Origin: Acidobacteriota bacterium
GTDB lineage: Bacteria; Acidobacteriota; UBA4820; DSQY01
Direction: 5' to 3'
Length of the DNA stretch: 64,000 bases
Assembly: GCA_049967655.1 (NCBI GenBank)
Contig: JBMFSH010000006.1
Location: 32,001-96,000, forward strand
Shown: in pieces, positions 57,830-64,000 of the stretch
Layout: each line of letters begins with the position of its first letter
Position numbering within the stretch: position 1 is the first letter of the stretch
Notes under the pieces: model-generated
What the model was told of the DNA's origin: nothing
Database searches by the model: none
The model's input: the letters and a program-made list of their open reading frames with translations, nothing else
Made by a program: the position numbers and the translations under genes

Positions 57830-58591
57830 TCAAGGCCCTGCCGCGCCCCCGAGGCCCGCGAGCGCCGGCCAGGTGGCCAACGGCCGTCCCAGATAGGCGG
57901 CGAGCGCCCAATATACCATACCCGACAGGGCCGAGAGGGCCTCCCGCGGGAACTCCCGCCGGGCCAGCGAGGCCAGGGGCGACCGGAAGACCGCCTCCAG
58001 AAGGGAAGCCATGGGGCCCGTAAGAGCGCGTCCCTCGGCCGGCCGCTGCTGTTGGCAGCGGGGGCAGCGCCACTCCCCGGCCCCGAGGTCCAGCAGGAGC
58101 GGGTAGCCCTGGGCACCGCAGGCCACGCACCCCTCCGGCCTCGGAAACACCCCGTGCAGCCGGAGGAGCCAGGCGGAGAAGTAGACCCAGGCCAGCAGGG
58201 GCGGCGCTCCAGCCCGCAGCCCCGCCAGCACGGCGCCCAGCAGCCGGTAGCTCTCCTCCTCCGCGGCATGGGCCGGCAGGGCGCGCTCCAGGGTCTCGCC
58301 CATGCCCATGAGCACGGCCGCCTCGGGCCAGCGGCCGTGGAGGTCCAGCGAGCCCTCCAGCAGCTCGGCCGACCTGAGGGCTCCCAGTTCGCGCCCCTCC
58401 CTCAGCACCACCTCCACGCGCACCCGGCTCAGCGGCTCAAGGGCGCCGCGGAAGGGGGAGGCGGTTCGTCTGGCCCCCTTGGCCACGGCCCGCACGACCC
58501 CCTCCTCCCGCGTGAAGAGGGTGACGATCCAGGAGGACTCGGTGAGAGGATGCCGCAGGAGGATGAAGGCCTCGGAAGTCACAAGGGGCAT
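57830..58591 (-). CDS. recO: DNA repair protein RecO
   Basis: LFTREEG...AKGARR and CxxC...CxxC motifs; recO-glyQS synteny. Confidence 0.9.
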   Translation of the reverse strand: MPLVTSEAFILLRHPLTESSWIVTLFTREEGVVRAVAKGARRTASPFRGALEPLSRVRVEVVLREGRELGALRSAELLEGSLDLHGRWPEAAVLMGMGETLERALPAHAAEEESYRLLGAVLAGLRAGAPPLLAWVYFSAWLLRLHGVFPRPEGCVACGAQGYPLLLDLGAGEWRCPRCQQQRPAEGRALTGPMASLLEAVFRSPLASLARREFPREALSALSGMVYWALAAYLGRPLATWPALAGLGGAAGP

Positions 58592-58603
58592 GAGACGGAG
58601 CAC

Positions 58604-59938
58604 TTACCCGGGCGGGTGCGGTGGAGGTTGGGCTTCTCCCTGTTGGTTCAGGGCCAGTCCCACCACGAAGAAGATGAGGGTCGCCACCTCGGCGTCCCCC
58701 ACGTTGAATTCGAAGAAGCCTCCCACGAGGATCGCCGTCAGGGCCGCCATGGCCCCATACCGCAAGACGGGGTCCGGCTGGGCAGCAATCCTTCGGAAAG
58801 CCGCCACCACGAAGGCGAAAAAGAGTATCAGCCCCAGAAGCCCCGACTGAATAGCGATCATAAGGTAGATGTTGTGGGCGTGGCTCACGGTCTGGAAACC
58901 GATATGGGTGGGGTAATGGATGAAGTGGGCGTAGGGCGCCTTGTAGGGGCCGGCGGTCTCCTTGTAAATGCCGGGCCCCCATCCGATGAGGGGTCTGTCC
59001 TGCCACATGTGGAAGCCCGAAATCCACAAGTAGATGCGTTCGGCAACGCTGGGGTTCCTCAGATTCCAGGCGTCGGCCAGGCGCTCTCGAACCTCAGGAG
59101 GCCCAGCCAAGAGCGTTACGACTCCTCCTAGCAATACCACCGCCACCACTGCCAACACCGCCTTTTTCCCCTTCCTCCAGAATAGAACAGCCAAGGCCGG
59201 CAAGGCCGCCACAAAGTAGGTGCGCGCCAGGCTGAAAAAGAGGCCCAGCGCCGAGAACCCAGCGGCCATCCACCAGAACCAGGAGATCCGGAAAGAGGAC
59301 AAGAGCGAACCCAAGATGGACCTTCCCCTTCCCTCCGCGGAAACCGGGTTCTTGAAGCCCGAAGACGGCCTGATCGGGTCCTGCGGCGCGGCTTCTCCTC
59401 CGACTTCCACCCCTTCAGCTCCGTTTCCGTAGAGGGCCCTGGCCCCGAAGAGGCAGAGGCAGACCGTGATGACCCCGGCGTAAGTCAGATGGGTACTGAA
59501 ATACGCATAGGCGTTAACCTGGCCGAAGGGTACGGGTTGGGACAGGAGATGATGGTGAAAGTCGGTTCCCAAAAAGAATTCCGCTGCGGCCATGGGCACC
59601 GTCAGCAGGGCACCAGCGGCCAGGAAGTCGAGGTAGCAGCGGAAGTGTCTGCGCACCGCCCACGGGAGAGAGGCCCCCACGAAGAGGGCCGACCAGGACC
59701 AGTGGTTGAGCACACCTACAAGGGCGTCGTAGCGTAGGGGGCTGAAGAGCGCCGAGAGAACATTGGCCGCCAGGTAGGCGATCAAAAGCCACTCAGGCGT
59801 TGTGGGCCGCCACCGGCCGCGGACCATCCGCCAGAGAAAGAAGAGGCTTAGCCCTCCCTGCCCCGCGTTGATGGCCGCCAAACTTAGGCAGGAGGCGGCT
59901 CCGAGAAGATAGAAAAAGAAGAGCTCAAGGGCTATCAC
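58604..59938 (-). CDS. O-antigen ligase (Wzy_C) family protein
   Basis: Multi-TM; ERIYLW, P.IGWGPG and HAHNIYL motifs. Confidence 0.88.
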   Translation of the reverse strand: MIALELFFFYLLGAASCLSLAAINAGQGGLSLFFLWRMVRGRWRPTTPEWLLIAYLAANVLSALFSPLRYDALVGVLNHWSWSALFVGASLPWAVRRHFRCYLDFLAAGALLTVPMAAAEFFLGTDFHHHLLSQPVPFGQVNAYAYFSTHLTYAGVITVCLCLFGARALYGNGAEGVEVGGEAAPQDPIRPSSGFKNPVSAEGRGRSILGSLLSSFRISWFWWMAAGFSALGLFFSLARTYFVAALPALAVLFWRKGKKAVLAVVAVVLLGGVVTLLAGPPEVRERLADAWNLRNPSVAERIYLWISGFHMWQDRPLIGWGPGIYKETAGPYKAPYAHFIHYPTHIGFQTVSHAHNIYLMIAIQSGLLGLILFFAFVVAAFRRIAAQPDPVLRYGAMAALTAILVGGFFEFNVGDAEVATLIFFVVGLALNQQGEAQPPPHPPG

Positions 59939-61067
59939 GAAAGGCCTCGTAGCGGGTCACGACGAACTCCTTCATCTCGCGGACGTACCGCTCGGCGTTG
60001 AAGCGCGCGGCGTTGGCGGTCATGGCGCGGGTCTGGAAGAGGTGCTGTTTGCGATCAAACTCGGCCATGGCCTGGGCCAGCGATTCGGCCGAGGGCTCCG
60101 CGAAGAACAGTCCGGTGGCCGCTCCGAAATCGCCGCCATCGGGCGGGACCACCGTCTCCAGCGCGCCGCCCCTGGCGTAGGCGATCACCGGCGTCCCCGC
60201 CGCCTGTGCCTCCACGGGTGCGATGCCGAAATCCTCCTCGCCGCAGAAGAGCAGGGCCCTGGCTTGGGCCAACTCCTCAGCCACGGCCGCGTCCGGCAGA
60301 CGCCCCAGAAAGGAGACGGTGGGGCCGGCCAGCCGCTTCAGCCGCTCCATCTCGGGCCCGTCGCCCACCACTCGGAGCGGCAGCCCCAGCCGCGTGCAGG
60401 CCACCACGGCGAGATCCGTCCTCTTGTACGGCACCATGCGCCCCACGACGAGGAAGGCCTCCCTCCGCTTCTCCGCGGGAGAGAAGCGCTCCACCTCCAC
60501 GGGCGGATAGATCACCGTCGCCTCCCTGTCGTAAATCCTGCGGATGCGGCGCGCCACGTTCCGCGAGTTGGCCGCATAGGCATCCGCCCTCCTCCCCGCC
60601 AGGGCGTCCCACTGGCGGATGTAGTGGAGCACGGCCCGGGCGGCCCACGACCGGGCACCTGTCGTTAGACCGCTCAGGCGGAGGTATGGTTTATACAGAT
60701 CCCAGGCGTAGCGCATCGGCGTGTGGCAATAGCAGAGATGGAGGGCGTCGGAGCGCACCAGGGCCCCATGGGCCACGCTGTGCGAGAAGGAGAGGACCAC
60801 CTCCGCCTCGTCCAGATCGAGCTGCTCGACGGCGAACGGGAAGAGGGCCAGGAACGTGCGGTAGCGATTTCGAAAAAGCGGCCGGTTCAGGAAGGTGGTG
60901 TGGATGATGCGGTCCCCGATGACCGAGTTCTCGAACTGTCTGGGGTCATAGAAGAGCGTGTGGACGGGGGCCTCCGGGAACAGGGTGCAGAGGAGTTCCA
61001 GACAGCGCTCGGCCCCGCCGTAATCCACCAGCCAGTCCTGGACGAAGGCGATCTTCGGCTCAGCCAA
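59925..61067 (-). CDS. Glycosyltransferase family 4
   Basis: DWL..GGAER, YCHTPMRYAWD and EDFGIAPVEAQA motifs; TTG start inferred. Confidence 0.9.
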   Translation of the reverse strand: MAEPKIAFVQDWLVDYGGAERCLELLCTLFPEAPVHTLFYDPRQFENSVIGDRIIHTTFLNRPLFRNRYRTFLALFPFAVEQLDLDEAEVVLSFSHSVAHGALVRSDALHLCYCHTPMRYAWDLYKPYLRLSGLTTGARSWAARAVLHYIRQWDALAGRRADAYAANSRNVARRIRRIYDREATVIYPPVEVERFSPAEKRREAFLVVGRMVPYKRTDLAVVACTRLGLPLRVVGDGPEMERLKRLAGPTVSFLGRLPDAAVAEELAQARALLFCGEEDFGIAPVEAQAAGTPVIAYARGGALETVVPPDGGDFGAATGLFFAEPSAESLAQAMAEFDRKQHLFQTRAMTANAARFNAERYVREMKEFVVTRYEAFRDSP

Positions 61068-62196
61068 GGGCGAACTCCACGATCTCCCGAAGGCGGTGCT
61101 CCGGGTTGAAGAGCGCCTCCACCCGGGCCCGTCCGGCCTCTCCCATCCGCGCCCGGAGCGCCGGGTCCGCCAGCAGGGGCTCCACGGCACGGCGAAGGGC
61201 AGCGGCGTCCTTCTCCGCGTGGAAGCCGGTGACCCCGTGCTCCACGATCTCCGGCAGTCCGCCGCTCCGCGTGACCACCACCGGGAGGGTGCGGGCCATG
61301 CCCTCCACGGCCACCAGACCGAAGGGTTCCTCCCAGAGGGACGGTACCACCAAGACGTCCAGGGCGTCCAGGAAGGCCATGGATTCGACCATTCGCCCGG
61401 TGATGACCACCCTCGAAGGCTCCGCGGCGGCCGCCGCCGCCCGCACCCGCGTCTCCTCGGCGGGGTCCTCGAAGTCGGCCGCCCCGGCCACGAGGAGCTT
61501 GAGGCGCGGATAGGCCGGCAGCAAGGGAAGGAGGGCCTCCAGGAAGAGGCGCTGGCCCTTGGTCCGAGAGATGCGTCCCAGGACACCCACCGCCAGATCG
61601 TGCGGCAGGAGCCCGAAGCTCTGCCTGGCCGCGGCCCGCTCCGGGGGCTCCTTCAGAAACCGCGGGCTCACCCAGTAGAAGATGGTCCTGCCCTTGTCTC
61701 CGCAAACGACCCGGAAGGGGGCGGCCACCGCCGAGGAGCAGAAGACCACGCGGCGCACCTCGGGCCGCCGGAAGCACCAGCTCAAGAGCCGGTGCTCCAG
61801 CCCCCGCTCGAAGATGAGGTGGAGGCCGCAGGTCACGGGCGTCCCGGTGTGCCGCGCGGCCAGCACGGCGGGGAGGAAGGTCCTGGGCGCGTTGGCGTAG
61901 ATCAGGTCGGCCGGGTCGGCTTCCAGAAACCGCCGCAGCATCTTCGCCGCCCGTCGGGCATGGATCGGATAGGCGAGCTTCTCCGAGATCGGCTTTCGGC
62001 CGGGTGTCATGTCGGGAATGGGAAGGGGCCGCACGGGAAATCCCGCCGCCTCTAGGCTCTCCGACGCCGTGCCCCGCCCCGGAAGAAACACCGTGACCCG
62101 ATGGCCGGCCAGGCGGAAGGCCTCGGCCAAGTCCATCAGGATGCGCTGCCCGCCGCCGAGACCCGCGTACTGGTCCAGCAAGATCACGTGAGCCAT
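61060..62196 (-). CDS. Glycosyltransferase family 4
   Basis: GGGQ, GRI..KGQ and EPFGLVAVEGMA motifs. Confidence 0.9.
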   Translation of the reverse strand: MAHVILLDQYAGLGGGQRILMDLAEAFRLAGHRVTVFLPGRGTASESLEAAGFPVRPLPIPDMTPGRKPISEKLAYPIHARRAAKMLRRFLEADPADLIYANAPRTFLPAVLAARHTGTPVTCGLHLIFERGLEHRLLSWCFRRPEVRRVVFCSSAVAAPFRVVCGDKGRTIFYWVSPRFLKEPPERAAARQSFGLLPHDLAVGVLGRISRTKGQRLFLEALLPLLPAYPRLKLLVAGAADFEDPAEETRVRAAAAAAEPSRVVITGRMVESMAFLDALDVLVVPSLWEEPFGLVAVEGMARTLPVVVTRSGGLPEIVEHGVTGFHAEKDAAALRRAVEPLLADPALRARMGEAGRARVEALFNPEHRLREIVEFALG

Positions 62197-62384
62197 GGGT
62201 CCCAGGATACCCTGGTGGTAAGGCTCAGGGCAAGCACCAGGTGAGTACGGTGGAGAGTGGAGGGCGGAGGGCCTGGGCCGCTGCCTCTCCATTCCGAACG
62301 GCGGTTCCCATCGCGCCGGATGTCAGGGAACCAATCGGCCCCTTTCCGGTCTGATGAGCCAGGTCAGGAGAAAGGAGGTGGCCC

Positions 62385-63086
62385 GTGTTCGAAACCGTCC
62401 TGGAGAGACCGAAGGGAGCCGCGACGAGGGGGATGAAGGCGCTGCCGGCGGCGGTCATGGTCCATTTGGCGCTGGCCGCCGCGCTTCTGCTCGCCGCCCT
62501 CTTGGCGCCCATCCACCTTGAGCCGCCGCCCTTCCGGTTGACGGGAGTCATCATCCCCGTGACGCTCGCGTCCGTAGGGAGCGCCAAGGCGCCCGCCGAG
62601 CGGCCGGCGATCCGCAAACCGGCCACCGAACCCCATGGGCTCACCGCCCCCACCGAAGTCCCCAAGGGACTGTCCAAGGGCCGGCCGGCCTCGGAAGAAA
62701 CACCCGCCGAGGCGGGGCCGGGCATCCCCGGCGGAGTGCCCGTCGAGCTTCTGGGGCAGGGCGGCCCTCCCGCCACGGCGCAACCTCAAGCCCCCAAGAT
62801 CCTGCCCGCCTGGGCCGTCACGGCGCCGCACCTAGTGCGCCAGGTTACCCCGGCCTATCCGGAGGCCGCTCGGGCCATGGGCCTGACGGGCAAGGTCCTG
62901 CTGCAGATCGTCGTGAACCAGGAGGGACGGGTGGTGAGCGTGGAGGTCATGCAGGCGAGCAACCCTATCTTCGTCGATTCCGCCGTCGCAGCCGTCCGAC
63001 AATGGCAGTACAGCCACCCCATCGACGCCGGAGGCCAGTCCGTCGCCTGCTACGTCACCGTGCTGGTGAGCTTCGCCATGGAGTGA
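62385..63086 (+). CDS. TonB-family energy transducer
   Basis: N-terminal TM with His; Pro-rich linker; P.YPEAAR..G.V..G.V and AVRQW motifs. Confidence 0.88.
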   Translation: MFETVLERPKGAATRGMKALPAAVMVHLALAAALLLAALLAPIHLEPPPFRLTGVIIPVTLASVGSAKAPAERPAIRKPATEPHGLTAPTEVPKGLSKGRPASEETPAEAGPGIPGGVPVELLGQGGPPATAQPQAPKILPAWAVTAPHLVRQVTPAYPEAARAMGLTGKVLLQIVVNQEGRVVSVEVMQASNPIFVDSAVAAVRQWQYSHPIDAGGQSVACYVTVLVSFAME

Positions 63087-63317
63087 GAGGGGCCTGCCGC
63101 TGGGACTCTCAGCGATGACAAAACGAGAACGCCGTTCTCGATTTGCACAGAACTTCGTACCCCCCCCCGCAAGGGCCTTACTCTTGAGAAACCAATGGGT
63201 TGCTAACCATGACAGGCAAGAAGAGAGGACAGGACGTAACCTCCGTACACGTTGCCCTATTTGATCGTCGCCTTGCCAACCATTGATTTTCCTGGCAATT
63301 TCATGCACCCTCGCATC

Positions 63318-63333
63318 TGGAATGTATTTTGCT
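63318..63333 (+). promoter_or_regulatory. Sigma54 -24/-12 promoter candidate
   Basis: TGGAATGTATTTTGCT (GG-N10-GC) in an AT-rich intergenic region. Confidence 0.5.
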
Positions 63334-63395
63334 AAACCACTTCATGGAGTCGGGGCAGGGGAAAAATCTTGGCCAAAAAGCAAAGGAGGTAGCCC

Positions 63396-63593
63396 ATGAA
63401 GCAGAAACTCTCTCTTGTGGCCATCGCTTTGGGACTGTTCATAGCGGTGCTGACTCTTTTCTCGCTGCGTACTCAGGCGGCCCAGACTACCAGGTGCTGG
63501 CCTGGGTACATCTCCGATTTCCAATATACCTGTAGTCCGGAGGCTAGCTTGAATTGCACCGGCTGTTCGGTCGTCATCACGAAAACGCCATAA
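63396..63593 (+). CDS. Small secreted four-Cys peptide (65 aa)
   Basis: AAGGAGGT RBS; Sec signal ending TQA; mature AQTTRCWPGYISDFQYTCSPEASLNCTGCSVVITKTP. Confidence 0.75.
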   Translation: MKQKLSLVAIALGLFIAVLTLFSLRTQAAQTTRCWPGYISDFQYTCSPEASLNCTGCSVVITKTP

Positions 63594-63673
63594 GGCTTCC
63601 CTCAAGCTTACCAAACGGAACTGGCCGCGCAGGAACGCCCCCCCGGGCTCCCCACCTTGCGCGGAGGAATCTC

Positions 63674-64000
63674 ATGAAGCGGAACGGTTGGATTGGCGCC
63701 GGACTATTCCTTATGGTCTTATTCTTCGGGGGGCGGATCGTGGCCGGAGCCTCAGCACAGGCCCCTCCCAAGGTTTGTTCTCTGTCCCGCGTAAGCTGGC
63801 CTTTTCTTCCGAGGGACGTGGAGGGGCTCGCGGTAGATGCGGGGAACACCCTTTGGTGCCTGGACCGCAGCGGGGCGCGTATCTTGGTGGCTTCAGCGGA
63901 GGGAAAACTCCTTCATACCGTCGGTTCACCTGGCATCAACGAAGGGGAACTGCAGGACCCCCTCACCCTCAGCCTGGAACCGAACAGCCGCCGGGCCGCC
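63674..64000 (+). CDS. Secreted NHL-repeat beta-propeller protein (3'-truncated)
   Basis: GGAGG RBS; signal peptide; GLAVDAGNTLWCLD..RI...GKLLHTVGSPGINEGELQDP; frame open to the window end. Confidence 0.75.
   Translation, partial: MKRNGWIGAGLFLMVLFFGGRIVAGASAQAPPKVCSLSRVSWPFLPRDVEGLAVDAGNTLWCLDRSGARILVASAEGKLLHTVGSPGINEGELQDPLTLSLEPNSRRAA

Noticed and set aside
63293..63307. Second sigma54 motif TGGCAATTTCATGCA
   Set aside because: GG-GC spacing is 9 nt, not the required 10.

Overview
GC-rich diderm bacterial chromosome segment. It carries lipoproteins, TonB, an O-antigen ligase and a porin; an Acidobacteriota-like origin is my inference only. (1) 1-7.8 kb: an unusual surface-fibre locus with three paralogous pilin-like subunits, a chaperone-like protein, a two-domain pilin-like protein, a beta-helix adhesin and a jelly-roll protein. 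Two subunits share a perfect 208-bp block. No usher or sortase is inside the window, but the locus runs off the left edge. A large c-di-GMP phosphodiesterase lies convergent to it. (2) 12.9-24.3 kb: a DHS-like gene, a B12-riboswitch/NrdR-controlled thioesterase-split nrdD-nrdG operon, a DtxR-feoABC-porin operon and a divergent Fur/PerR-ferritin operon, ending at an integrase remnant and tRNA-Pro(GGG). (3) 24-64 kb: mostly housekeeping genes (HU/IHF, thiD, rsmA, slyD, gapN, serC/serA/DUF1015, PRODH, cydAB, glyQS, recO, glycosyltransferases, TonB). This part also holds a coiled-coil lipoprotein plus L,D-transpeptidase operon, several eroded gene remnants, and a candidate sigma54-driven Cys-rich peptide plus beta-propeller pair at the right edge. 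No CRISPR array or rRNA was seen. All calls come from motif recognition by eye; no searches were run.
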